Part shown: positions 1 to 12,430 of the stretch, piece after piece
Layout of the letters: each line of letters starts with the position of its first letter
Position numbering within the stretch: position 1 is the stretch's first letter
NCBI RefSeq assembly: GCF_006345805.1
Contig: NC_043004.1
Location: forward strand, 6,262,001-6,326,000
Source of the DNA: Octopus sinensis
Taxonomy: Eukaryota
Length of the DNA: 64,000 bases
Reading direction: 5' to 3'
The notes under the pieces: generated by a model
What the model was told of the DNA's origin: nothing
Seen by the model: only the letters and a program-made list of their open reading frames with translations
Databases searched by the model: none
Program-made: the position numbers and the translations under genes

Positions 1-92
1 TTGTGGAAGACTCTTGCCCATGGTGCCATGCAGTGGGACTGAACCCAAAACCATGTGGTTGCAAAGTAAGCTTCCTAACCACACAGCTATCT
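1..92 (-). mobile_element. SINE family A (tRNA-derived, octopus-type), 5' head only; window edge
   Basis: Reverse complement of the family A head (GTGGGACTGAACC...CCATGTGGTT...ACCACACAGC). Confidence 0.75.
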
Positions 93-231
93 CTTCAAAT
101 ACAACCAACTCTCTTATACATGTCGACAAGTACCTTTAATTCTCAGCCACCTTTCCAACTTACACAAGTTCTACTTTACAGTCATACTAGTTAATGCGCC
201 TTCGGTATTTCACGTTTTACTCATAACTGTG

Positions 232-380
232 CAGTGGTTCTCAGCCAGGGTCCACATGACCCTTGGGGGTCGTTATAAAATTTTGTCGGTGAAATTTATC
301 TGCAATCAATTGATTATAATTCTACAATACACAAAATGTTTTAATTTTTTCTATACAATTCCTAATAATATCTAATAATA
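232..380. mobile_element. hAT-type MITE left-end fragment
   Basis: Begins CAGTGGTTCTCAGCC, like the hAT TIRs at 6252 and 61868; no right end seen. Confidence 0.5.
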
Positions 381-384
381 ATTA

Positions 385-528
385 GGCGCAGGAGTGGCTG
401 TGTGGTAAGTAGCTTGCTTACCAACCGCATTTTTCCAGGTTCAGTCCCACTGCATGTCTTCTACTATAGCCTCAGGCCAATCAAAGCCTTGTGGGAGGAT
501 CTAGTAGATGGAAACTGAAAGAAGCTTG

Positions 529-566
<38 letters not shown>

Positions 567-760
567 TCTCTCTCTCCCCCCAACATCACTTGACAACCGA
601 TGCTGGTGTGTTTACATTCCCATAACTTAGCAGTTCGGCAAAAGAGACTGATAGAATAAGTATTAGGCTTACAAAGAATAAGTCCTGGGGTCAATTTGCT
701 CAACTAAAGGCGGTGCTCCAGCATGGCCACAGTCAAATGACTGAAACAAGTAAAAGAGTA
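385..760 (+). mobile_element. SINE family A, near full length
   Basis: GGCGCAGGAGTGGCTGTGTGG head with tRNA-like A/B boxes, internal (TG)n, 3' AAACAAGTAAAAGAGTA tail; more than 20 similar copies in the window. Confidence 0.9.
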
Positions 761-761
761 A

Positions 762-977
762 CCCTTTTGTTACTGTATTTATTTTGAGATGCTCTGTGTT
801 TCTTTCAATTACTTTAAATATAACAAAGAATTTAGTAAAATAACTTATCATTTAGCTAGTGTTAGGAATATAAATTGTGACTTAGGTTTGGTGGAAGATT
901 TTAATTCAAAACTTATAAAAACAAGATATTTGTACGGAGAGCCAGAGCTGGTTTCAGCCGGGTTGGTAACGAAAGGG
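762..977. mobile_element. piggyBac-like MITE
   Basis: TIRs CCCTTTTGTTAC / GTAACGAAAGGG; TTAA on the right, TAA on the left abutting the SINE tail. Confidence 0.7.
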
Positions 978-2944
978 TTAATAAAAATATGAAGTTCTAG
1001 AGCATATTTCAAACCGTCTTTGAAATCCTCACCACATATATATGTGAGGGAGAGAGAATGTATGTGTGTGTGTGTGTGCAGATGCGTGCGTGTGCACTTG
1101 CCTATTTATATGTTTTGTATGACAATTGTTGTGAATTAGGAAATAAACACTTGAAAAATTATTCCCAACCCAATTTTAAATTCCTTTATTTCTATTAATG
1201 TGTTTCAGGATATGTATGGTGAATGTTGTAGCCACATCACCATTGCAGCCACAACAATTGTACATTGAATATCTATTGCGCATTTATATTTTTATATTTC
1301 ATCAAATATTGAAAAAAGTAAAGTCAGAGAAGTAAGTTTTAAATAAATGTGATGGCAAAAAATAAGAAGATTAATAAATCAAAATAAACCAAGAAATCAA
1401 CTATATATATATAAATGTGTACTTTATTTGTGCTTAACCAATGGTTTCAGGTGAACAGGAATCTTCATTATCAAGTCTGCACATGGGAACATTGGTACTC
1501 GTTTTCCACTTGACGAAAACTGTTAAGAAATTTCTCTTTACATGAAACCATTGGTAGACTTGCTAGATCCACAAATAAAGTTTATCCACCAATGCAATGT
1601 TGAGCACTCATTCTCGCTGTTTGATATTAGCATGCTTGCATGCGTGTGTGTGTGCATACATACATATACTTTTGTACTTTTTAAAATTTATTTGTATTTA
1701 AATTTTAACTTCAAACTATGATACAAATAAATTAACTTTATATCCCCAACTCTCCATTTTCTTACCTTATTAAGAATACTTGTTATAATAATCCCAAACA
1801 TATCACTGATATTTTCTTCTAATATGATGGAGATTAAATCAGTGAAATTTTGGATTTATTAATCCTTAAAGAGGACATTACATCCGTGAAATGACTGGCC
1901 AGTGTCGGTCACATAACTGGCCTGTTTAAAAGTACAATTCAATTTGTTCCCTAGAAATCTTTCACCACTGTGGTTATTTGTACCCTCTGCATTCAATGTT
2001 GATGCTAAACTACTACACAGATCAATGCTTTTGATCTGTGTAATAAAACACAAAGTGTTCCCCTGATGATTTCTTGCACCTCAGCATCCCACTGCACTTG
2101 GAACATTCAATACAGAGGTTGCAAATAAGTTTATATCAATTGACCCTTACATACATTTCACCATCGTGCTTGTGTTTATCATAATTTCTCCTACATATGC
2201 TCTGCATATCATAACCTGTACTACAATAAAGTATAGTCATAACCATAACACTTCACTGGAAGCTGACTGGACGATAATACTTTACATGGAACTCTAAACT
2301 CAGCAGCAGCTGTCATACATCTAATTGTACGACCCAAGATTATATACAAACTTATTTCTGTACACACAATCTTAATGATTGTTGTGAGGAAAAACTAGTG
2401 AAAATATTTTGTCAGTTTTACATCAATATATGTAATATAAACTGTTAGTAAGCCTGACATTTTCTTGACAACAGTGCTTTGATATTTAAATATCAATGAA
2501 TATATTCAATTTAGCTAAAGATTCAAATTTTCCCAATGTATACTTAAATCTCTAATAACAGATGTTAAGATTAAATCTGCTTAGTTTTATCAATGACAAA
2601 GCTACAGAAGGTTATGTCCAGCAAAATAGTACTCTAATTAAACATTAGATATATCTATTAGCGACAGTGGCACTTTTAATACGAAGAAGTAATATTTCTC
2701 CCCACTAAAATGTGGACACTCTAATTGTTCTAGTTTTGTTCAAATAGACCATCTACGTTTTAAGTGGGGATAAATATTACCATTAGATATATTGATATCT
2801 AACATGGCCACACATTTTTAGGGATGGGTATGGCCAATTAAGTCAACCCCAGTAATTGACAGGTATTTATTTTATCAATGTCAAAAGGATGAAAGGCAAA
2901 GTTAATCTCAATGCAATTTGAGCTCAATGTGTGTGGGTGGGTGT

Positions 2945-3290
2945 TAATTCCCTCAACTCCTTGAAGAACAAAGAGCACCAACAAGAGATCTCCATCTGTC
3001 TCAAACTTTGGTAATGGATTGTAGTAGTTGTTCCCAGGTGTAGCTGCCTGCCAATGCATCAGATTCTGTGGGCCTCGTGTGTTTTTCACCTACCACACCT
3101 GTCTTCCTTGGGGTATTCATTGGATGGTTTGCTTTGTTATACTGGAAAGAGGCTTTGATAGGATGTGTCCCAGCCAACCATTGATCAACTCATAATGTAA
3201 AGAGATCGAGATAAATCTTGCAACATATTTTGATTGATACTCTTCCAGATCTTTTACTTCTTATCTAATACTGACTTCTAACATATGCAC
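2945..3290 (-). mobile_element. RTE-clade LINE 3' remnant (degenerate RT C-terminus)
   Basis: Frameshifted minus-strand translation gives WLGHIL...SITKQT and TWEQL...DRWRSLVGALCSSRS, typical of RTE C-termini. Confidence 0.7.
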
Positions 3291-4750
3291 AAGACCTCAA
3301 ATATGAGAGATGGGTACACTTGAATATATACTTGGGTATACTGGGATACAGTCAATTGTATCACCCTTAGTACTTGTACTTTATTTTATGAATCATAGTA
3401 GAATAAAAGGCAAAGCTACCATTGGTGGGATTTGAACCCAGAATGTAAAGGATCAAAACTAAGTACGAAGCATTTTGTTCAATGCTCTGATAATTTCGCT
3501 AATCTAGTGCACTCTATGGCTATGATCTTTACATGTGAACAGCAACTAGAGAGTTATGTTTAATACAAGAGAACATGAGTTGGTTAGGCTATAGAACTAC
3601 AGAAGAAATCAACCATTGGAAATTCATGGTGAAAGAGATTATCTTAGAAGAAAATGACTATTTGCAAGACCTAACATTGAAGCAAGCTTTTTAACCACAG
3701 AGCCATGTCTTCACTAATTGAATTTACACACACACACACCAATTATTTCAACCCTAACGTTGATTTCTCTTTCAAACTTTTCTTCTCAATGCATATCAGA
3801 CAGAATTGTTCATAAATTCTGACACAGACTGATTCTGTGAGTGAGAAAGCAATGTTGCTTTACTTTATTGCCACTCTCTCTGAAGTAAACCAAAGAAAGG
3901 ACAAGAAACGGGTTTACTGTTATTTTATAGATGCAGCTACCACTAAGCCGGTTATATATGGATAGCCATGGAAACAGCCTAACTGTTGTTTGACCAGTGT
4001 ATGTGCAAATCAGATCACAAATGAAATCAATCAATATACCACCAAAACTTAAGTTAAAATTCTTATTGTTAAGAATGTGAATAGGATTTTATAACGGAAC
4101 TGTAAACAATTCTGGGCTGAAATACTTAGTCTATATGTGTATATTCTCTAGAGTTATTTTACTCTATTGACATCTTGACTAAGTCAAGTATTCACAGAAT
4201 TTGTTTTCAATTCTATTGTAAAACTCTATTCACATTATTATATGTCTTGGATAAAACCAACTCTTCCAAAGAAAGCAGCTGTCTTGTTTCGCAGACAGTT
4301 CTTCAGAGAATACAATTAATCATACATAACTAGCAAAAAGAAAAACAATGAAAAAAAAAAAGTAGTGGAGAAACACAATAACAAATACTTGTGACAAAAT
4401 ATTTTAATAGGAGGGAAAATACACAAAAATTAAGTATAACTGTGCACATGAGTGAAGTGCTTAAGCTGCAATGATTATAATTACTTTATATAGTATGTTA
4501 AAAGAATTCAAATGCAATTATTAGTTTGATGACATTCTAATTATGAGAGTAAAAAGGAGTTTAACAAGAGTTTGATTATTATGGATTTAATATTTCTGGT
4601 TTATAAGTATAGGATATTGAAAAAGAAATTTAGATTCGGAGAAGGCACAGGCATGGATGTGTGGTTAAGAAGTTTGCTTCCCAGCCATGGGGTCTTGGTT
4701 TCACTTCCCCTGCATGGTGGTACCTTCGGTACCTTGTTTTTTCTGTGTAC

Positions 4751-4870
4751 CTTTCTGTAGAAGAGCGTAGGCTCGAAACATAAAAGACTTTTTCAACTCC
4801 TGAGTGTTATACTAATACATCTGTTTGTTTTGTACACCACCTGTCTTCGTCATTTGTTTTTTCGTAAACT
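4751..4870 (+). mobile_element. Penelope-like element end fragment with hammerhead-like motif
   Basis: CTGTAGAAGAGCGTAGGCTCGAAAC motif followed by (TA)n; related to the opposite-strand copy at 5547-5745. Confidence 0.5.
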
Positions 4871-4892
4871 TATATATATATATATATATCTA

Positions 4893-5406
4893 TCTATATA
4901 TATAAAACTGTAGTTGTGTGAGTGTCTGTCCCCTTCGATTTAGATTCCTAACTACTCCCACATTTTGCAGTGCAGTTTAACCAAATTCGGGTATCTTATA
5001 GTCGTGATTAATATCGAGTCCGTCTGGCTATTAGCGCGCGTCTACGATGAGTCTACGATTTAAAAAATAATTTAACATTTTTTATTCCATTTTAATGCAT
5101 AATTTTTCGTGTGTCGATGGCGGCGGAGTTGGCATCCACGCTCAAACACCTGCACCTGTGTTTGCTTCTCCCCCTTCTTCCCTCCCTCGTGAAGCTGTGG
5201 GGAAGGGAGTTTAAGGAAATCAACGTCGTAATGCGTTGTCAAGGAGACCAGCGTTCTTTTAGAACAACGACTTCATGGCTTGAAGACACCAAAACAGAAA
5301 TGGCTAAGAAAGCCCGAATTGGCATCTATAAGGGAAGTAACTCTCTAAAAATGCTTATATAGTTATTTCCCTTACAAACCCGAGCAATGCCGGGCAATAC
5401 TGCTAG
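4893..5406 (+). mobile_element. Non-autonomous Helitron
   Basis: 5' TCTATATATATAAAA start; 3' CCCG...CGGG hairpin (5379-5394) then CTAG end (5403-5406); inserted between A and T in a (TA)n tract; no TSD. Confidence 0.8.
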
Positions 5407-5495
5407 TATATATATATATAATAGAAATATTAAAATTACTAAGTCTCTATAAATATATCTATAAGAATGCCATATTAATATGGTGATAACAATTA

Positions 5496-5546
<51 letters not shown>

Positions 5547-5550
<4 letters not shown>

Positions 5551-5745
5551 TAATCCAAACGGGAAAACAGAAAAAAACAACAGCACGTGGAACAATTACA
5601 GTATAATTATTATTAGGCGCTCAGGAAAATGGAAGAAGGAGGGTATGACGTTTCGAGCGGAGCTCTTCGTCGGAAACATAGGAGAAAGAAAGATCCCGAG
5701 ACGGGAGGACAGAGGAAAAAAAAAATTGCAGGTAGTCTTCACGAG
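5547..5745 (-). mobile_element. Penelope-like element end fragment with hammerhead-like motif
   Basis: Minus strand reads CCGACGAAGAGCTCCGCTCGAAACGTC; same family as 4751-4870; flanked by (TA)n. Confidence 0.5.
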
Positions 5746-6251
5746 GTCACATACTAATATATATATATATATATATGGTCCTCACAAAGGCAATGAAAAA
5801 AGACTGAGACCTTTGGCATTATGCCATGCTTGAGAAAAAGACCCATCAAGCCAATCTATATATAACAGGAGCCAGTAAACCAGCGCAATCTTCTACCTAG
5901 CCAGCTCCTATCAAACAGTCCAGCTCATGTCAGGATGGGAGGACATTAAATGATGATCATCATCATATATATTATATGCATATATGTATATATGAGTGAT
6001 TGTCTTTGTGTGTAACCTTCTCTACACATCACATAATGGTTGTATATGAACATCATCATCATCATCATACAAATGAAATGGTTCTTTTCCAGTTATCTGT
6101 GCAAAATGTGTATGGCCATGGAGAAACATTACCTTGGAAACAGGTTGGCCACAAGAGCATCTGGCCAAAAAAAAAAAAAAAAAAATACTGCCCCAACAAG
6201 TTCCATCTGACCCATGCAAGCATGGGTATGCAGACATTAAATGATGGTGAT

Positions 6252-6581
6252 CAGTGGTCCTCAACCCCATTTTTTAAAATCTATGGACCCCACTTTGAGT
6301 ACCATTTTATTCTGGTGGACCCGCATAGCTAGCTGATGTTTAAAAACTAGTTTTATAGATACTTCTTCCACAATTCCAATTTTGTTTTTCACATTAACTT
6401 ATATAGTTTGAACTTTGTAAAATGTTAGAGAAAGAAACTTCGCTGTTTCAGGGACCCATAAAATGCCACTGTAAATCTTGATCTCTGATTTACTATTTTG
6501 CATGTGTGGACGAATACCCCTCACCCCTGAATCTCATCTGGATCCCCCAGAGGTCATATGGACTCTGGTCGAGAACCACTG
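6252..6581. mobile_element. hAT-type MITE
   Basis: TIRs CAGTGGTCCTCAACC / GGTCGAGAACCACTG; degenerate 8-bp TSD ATGGTGAT / ATGATGAG. Confidence 0.75.
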
Positions 6582-6840
6582 ATGATGAGGATAAAGAATA
6601 GAGATAATTTTCAGAGTAAACTTGATAAGATGTGGTGTTAGTATAAATCAAAATGAGATCAATAGTAAGAGCATGGAGTTAAATATTTTTTTGATGGATC
6701 ATAGATGGACTGCCTTGTTATACAATAGTTATAGATGATTAAATGAACTAAACAGAAGATTCACCTGAAGTTCAACTGAGATTAAGAATTAGGCTAAACA
6801 TTGATTAGAAAATTAATGGTAAGAGTTGAATAAAGTAAAG

Positions 6841-7095
6841 GATAATAATAATAATAGCAATAATAATAACAATAATAAATAATAATAATAATAATGATGA
6901 TAATAATAATCATTTCTACTATAGGCACAAAGCCTGGAATTTGGGGGAGGGAGTATGTTGATTACATCAACCCCAGTGCGTAACTGGTACTTATTTAATC
7001 AACTCCAAAAGCATGAAAGGCAAAGTAAAGAGAGACAAAATGCCGCTAAGCATTTTACCCAGTGTGCTAACGATTCTGCCAGATCACCGCCTTAA
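6841..7095 (-). mobile_element. SINE family B with (ATT)n tail
   Basis: (AAT)n then TTTCTACTATAGGCACAA...ATGAAAGGCAAAGT...GCTAACGATTCTGCCAG...CGCCTT; about 20 copies in the window. Confidence 0.8.
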
Positions 7096-7446
7096 TAATG
7101 ATAATTGATTATGTAATGTGGGTCAATCAGATGTAGCTTGATCTAATAGTAAAGCCAAGATGAAATGTATACACACCTCTTATATACACATATATAAGCA
7201 ACTAAATATGTACTTCATGTATGAATATTGTCACAAATATTTGAGAGGTTTTTGTTAGCTTTCTTTTTTTTCTTTGGTTATCTATAAATCTTATTTTTTC
7301 TTCTTATCCGCTATCTGAAAAGCTATCTATGAAACAAGACAGCTGTTTAGTAAAAATCAATTCTATCTAACACACACACACTGCATCAAATCTCTGGAAG
7401 CAATTCTATAAATTAGGAATCATTAAAAGCATTTGCAAAATTAGGT

Positions 7447-7805
7447 GTAGGCATAGCTATATGGTTAACAAGCTTGCTTTGCAACCATGTGATTTTGGGT
7501 TCAGTCCCACTTCATAGTAACTTGGATAAGTGTTTTCTGTTATAGCTTTGGGCTGATTAATGTCTTGCAAGTAAATTTAGTAGATGGAAACTGTACAGAA
7601 GCCTGTCATGTGTGTGTGTGTCTTTATAGTTGTACCACTTGACAACCAGCATTGGTTTGTTAATGTCCTTGTAACTTAACAGTTCTGCAAGAAAAACCAA
7701 CAGAATAAGTACCAGGCATAAAATTGAGGTTGATTTGTTTGGGTAAAACCCTTCAAGGTGATGGCCCAGCTTGGTCACAGTCCAATGACTGGAACAAGTA
7801 AAAGG
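7447..7805 (+). mobile_element. SINE family A, diverged
   Basis: Colinear similarity to 385-760. Confidence 0.8.
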
Positions 7806-7946
7806 CAAACAAAAAAAAGTCTGAAATACGAGCACTCAGAGATCGCAAACCTCTGCCAAGGCACACCAACATCCTCTCAATGATTAGCCAGAGATGATTT
7901 TTAAAATGAGAATTTCTGAAATAAAGTCGACTGCTCTCAACCACTC

Positions 7947-8172
7947 TCAAAAATTAAGTAAAAAAAAAAAAAACCGGAAAAATAATGCAGAATCCTTGTC
8001 CAGTACTGGATTGATCCCCAAATTTAACCAGTTCACGCCAGTCACAAGACCAAACATATCATAAAGTTTCATCCAAATCCATTCAGCGGTTCTTGAAATA
8101 TCTTGACCATGGACAAACAAACAAACACAACTGAAAACAATACCTCCGCTTTTGCTAAGGTGGAGGTAATAA
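7947..8172. mobile_element. Helentron/HINE-like non-autonomous fragment
   Basis: (ACAA)n followed by terminal hairpin TACCTCCGC...GTGGAGGTA (8141-8168) then ATAA; architecture recalled from DINE-1/HINE-like elements. Confidence 0.5.
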
Positions 8173-11100
8173 TGAAGGAATTTCAAAGAACAGGGTGAAA
8201 ATGAATGAGAACAACAAAACTGAAGCCATGAATACAAAATTTGGTTCATTGTATACAAACAGAATATTCAACCCATTGATAAGCATACATACATAACACA
8301 CGTACATAATATAGTATAAATGTATCATAAATAGAAACAAGTTTGTTTTAGAAAGCTGTTAGAATGCAAATGGCTCTATAAATATCAAAACAACAGTAAC
8401 AAGATCAGTATGTTACCTTGGAAATATTTATTAGTTCCTTATATTTCAGAAAATTCTATTATATGACACAGAATTCATTGAACAAAAATAGATATTGGAT
8501 TTGCTAGACATCTTTTCACTGCTTTTACATACAGCAGGTGAGAAGCTTCTCTGTTGTTGCTTGACCTATTATAAATAACAAGCAAAGCTTCCTCATATCA
8601 AATGTGTTCCTAAAAATGAACACATCTGATATGCAATCCTTGATATATTATGCCAAAAAAAAAAGAAAAGAAAAAGAAAATGGTAACAAATACAACAAGG
8701 GAATCTCTATGAGGTTACTCAACTTGTTAAAAATAATGAAATTACCCTAAATCATATCTTGTCATCTTACAAATGTAAAGCTATACTGGATGAGGTCTGG
8801 ACACACCTGTCATTGCCATAGTTTTAATATCCACTTTTCTATACTTGCATGGCTCAAACAGAGCTTACTGAGGTAGATTTTCTACAGGTGGATGACCTTT
8901 CTGCTGCCAACCCTCACCTGTTTCTAAGATATGTTTTTGTAGAATATTGGAAATGAACAATACTGCTTGTATAACAGTAACACAAACATGCACATATACG
9001 TATATGTGTATATTATATATACACACACACGATTGGCCTCTTTCAATTTTCATCTACCAAATCCACTCACAAGGCTTTGGTTTTCTTGGGATTGTAGCAC
9101 TTAACCAAGGTGCCATGCAGCAGGACTGAACCTAAAACCATGTGGTTGGGAAGCAAACTTCTAAAGTACACAACCACGCCTGGACCTCATCATTAATTCA
9201 AAAGGGCTGGGGCAATTATAACAGCAATAGATGAGACAGAGAGAGGAAATCAACATCTGCAAGCTTGTAATCACATTATGTTAGTGAATGATTGCAAATT
9301 AGCCAAGAGACATTACATTCGGCTGCAGTCTAAGTTATCTGTGTGAGTGAATGTGTATGTGTAAAAGAGACTGATACATGTGAGTAGTACTCAAATAGGA
9401 GTCTTCTTTGACCCAGTCATATTCTATTACTAGAATAGTAAACAAATGGAAGGTTCAATCACATTAATCAGGTTATGTATTGTTAGTGCATGTGTGTGTG
9501 TGTGTGCATAAATCAATAATTCAAAATATAAATAGAACTTTGTTTTGTCCCTTTAATCAGCTAAATGGAATCATGTTGAATTAATAGAGTTTTTAAAATA
9601 GTGAAAATATCCGATGAAAATAGAAATTCTGAGAACAAGCCCCCAATAGCTATTTCATATAAAATGTTTTATTTAAATACTCAGGTTGATGAATATCTTG
9701 CCAATAATATTTGATAGATAAAAACTGTACAGAAGACCCTTAGTGTGCGTGTGTGTGAACGTGGTTGTTCAACCTGCTGGAAATAGCAGTAGTCAAATCT
9801 TCTCTAAACTTTAATCCATTTATCTTGAAAAGGAAAAGAAGAGCACACTAATTAATTTCCTTCTGAATACACAATGTCTGTGAGGAAAAGCTGACCATGG
9901 TTGGAATGCCTTGGAATATGGACCTAACTCATATTCAGGGCTGACATGAGTTTATCGAAAAAAAAAAAAAAATTCCAGTTGTGGTAGCATATCTATAAAC
10001 AACTAAAGATTGGAGTCTTTACCAAGCAGCCACATGAAATTCTTTTGTATAATGTGTGTGTGTGCATGCACGCCCTTGCCAATGCATCACGTGCTGGTTG
10101 TAAGTGAACATTGCCATCATACAAGCAATGTTGTTTATTTCAGGCTTCCATGTAAAACATGCCTGGCCATGGGAAATATCTTGTCTGGACACAGGTGAAG
10201 GTTGGCAACAAGAAGAGCATCCAGTTACTGAAAAATCTGACCCACGCAAACATGGAAAAGAGGGCATTAAATGAAGATGGTGATGATCATGTTCATTAAA
10301 CTGCTCAGTGGACAACCCATCATGTTTGATGGCACAAATGTCAATGAGCTTAATAAACAGAATACACTATTTATGGAAAAGATCAAATTGTAATATTTTA
10401 CTCTTAAGAAGCACAAAATGTGAAATCTTTAAGCAAAGAAATTTATCAATGGTTTTTAAATGATTTGATATTCTCTACAATATTCATCATTTTCCACAAC
10501 ATCAGTTCATTATTTCTAAATAGTACCCAAGCTGATAGCATTTTACCATCCCACTAGTAACTTAACAATTGAGTTAGTAATTATCATATAATTACTTTCA
10601 TTAATGTTCAAATAATCATTTAAAATTATAATCACAAACATATTCAGCATTAATATAAACAACAATTGTCTATTAGACATACAATTATTTTGGTTAAAAA
10701 TTGCTACACCCAAGTCATCAGCTAGTATCATTAGTTAACCGAATTTCTCTTTTTTTTTTACGTAAATTAGTAATTGATAAATTATTCATCAAAGCACAAT
10801 GATAACTAAGGATTATGGGATTTAGTCACATTTTTGTATACATGTTAGTTTTCAGTGTTATCTATTGTCATAATTGGAGCATGTGGCTCAAGAGATATCC
10901 CAAGTATCAATGCACGAGAGATATTCAGTAGCTTACCATGGGTAGGATGTTAAAGATAGTTTTTAACCCACCATCATAAGCAATATGTATATAAACACAT
11001 GAAAAGATTCATTAAATTACAGAGTACTTCTCCAGCCAACAACAGTGAACTATATTCTTCCATGGTACCTATTTACGGTGAAGCAGACTTGATCTTTGGA

Positions 11101-11368
11101 GAGATAAGGGTATTTGTCAGAAGACACAACACAGTTATGATAACAGATACAAACTATCAGCTCATCAGCTGACACCCTACTACCCACCCCATCCAGCAGC
11201 AAAGCTTGTTTTTGCACAGTTACTAAAATACCAGTAAAAAGTAAAATATTTAGTAAACAAATTGTTTAGATTTATCATAGCTTTCTTAATTCTAAAATAA
11301 GAAAAACAAAATGCATGAAGGTCAACCCTTTCATTTGTTTCTAGTTCGAGTTGGTTTACTAAATCAGG

Positions 11369-11399
<31 letters not shown>

Positions 11400-11400
11400 C

Positions 11401-11662
11401 ATCATCATCATTTAACGTCTGCTTTCCATGCTAGCATGGGTTGGACGATTTGACTGAGGACTGGTGAACCAGATGGCTGCACCAGGCTCCAATCTGATCT
11501 GGATGCCCTTCCTAACGCCACTGGCACGAGGGCCAGCCAGGCGGTACTGGCAACGGCCATGCTCAAATGGTGTTTTTTACGTGCCACCTGCACAGGAGCC
11601 AGTCCAGCGAAGGCTGACAACGACCTCACTCACACTCGGATGGTGCTCTTAGCGCTCCACTA

Positions 11663-11665
<3 letters not shown>
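11401..11665 (-). mobile_element. Retroposon family D with (GAT)n tail and internal 66-bp tandem unit
   Basis: (CAT)n-TTTAACGTC...TTCCATGCT...GGTTGGA start; two 66-bp units at 11525 and 11591. Confidence 0.75.
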
Positions 11666-11700
<35 letters not shown>

Positions 11701-12049
11701 GTATATGGTATGGCATACTGAGGTTCTTAGTCCTGACGATCTTGAACTAAGTACTTGTTACTCTTAAAAACAATTTTTTTTTTTTAAATGCTGTACAGCT
11801 GTACACATTTAAAAAAAAATTTTTATAGTTAGAAAGGATGTTGATAAACATCCTGGAACAGAAATAAATGACTCATTATAAATATTTTAGTTAGGCTACA
11901 ACTACACTATATTATTGTTGTTGTTTACACTGGCATGTTTCTGAAGACAGGCTTTCGAGTTCATTTGTGCTACATTTCTGGGGAAAATATCCACTAATAA
12001 TAATCAAGACCACACAAAGCAAAACATTACAAAATCCAGTTCTTGGTGT

Positions 12050-12430
12050 GGGGTAGGTTCATGTGCTTCTAACACTGAAAGCTATGCCAGTGGAGTGCAA
12101 CTCCCTCCTATGCTGACCAGGTCAAAGGATAGAGGCCAGACTAAATTGAATCACCCTTTCTCAAAAGTGAAAATAGGTTTACATAGGACCAACTACTCTA
12201 CCTAGAAAAAAAAATAATTACAGAAGCATTGTTGACAATTCAGAACCAACAAGACCTAAGAGAGGAAAGTTTTCCCTTAAGGATGAAATGGGAAGGACAA
12301 TACAAGTAGTAGAGCTGAAAAAGCAAGGATCCAACTGGAGAAATGCAAAAAACATAGCCCAGAGCTGAGAACAGTGGAGAAAAGCTGATGACAGCCTATG
12401 CTCCATTGTTAGTGAAGGGCTTAAATAAGT
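12050..12430 (+). mobile_element. Internally deleted RTE LINE (5' UTR-like segment joined to RT 3' end)
   Basis: 3' part translates ...MGRTIQVVELKKQGSNWRNAKNIAQS*EQWRKADDSLCSIVSEGLK*, an RTE C-terminus; the 5' part resembles RTE 5' UTRs. Confidence 0.55.

Noticed and set aside
1530-2220. Possible minus-strand exons (TGYDMQSICRRNYDKHKHDGEMY at about 2151-2220; ENECSTLHWWINFICGSS... at about 1535-1615)
   Set aside because: Short, with incompatible phases and no recognisable protein; expected by chance.
5111-5362. 83-aa ORF MSMAAELAST...
   Set aside because: Lies inside the non-autonomous Helitron, with no Rep or helicase motifs.
10543-10731. Hydrophobic 62-aa ORF
   Set aside because: Extremely AT-rich I/N/L composition and no convincing acceptor.
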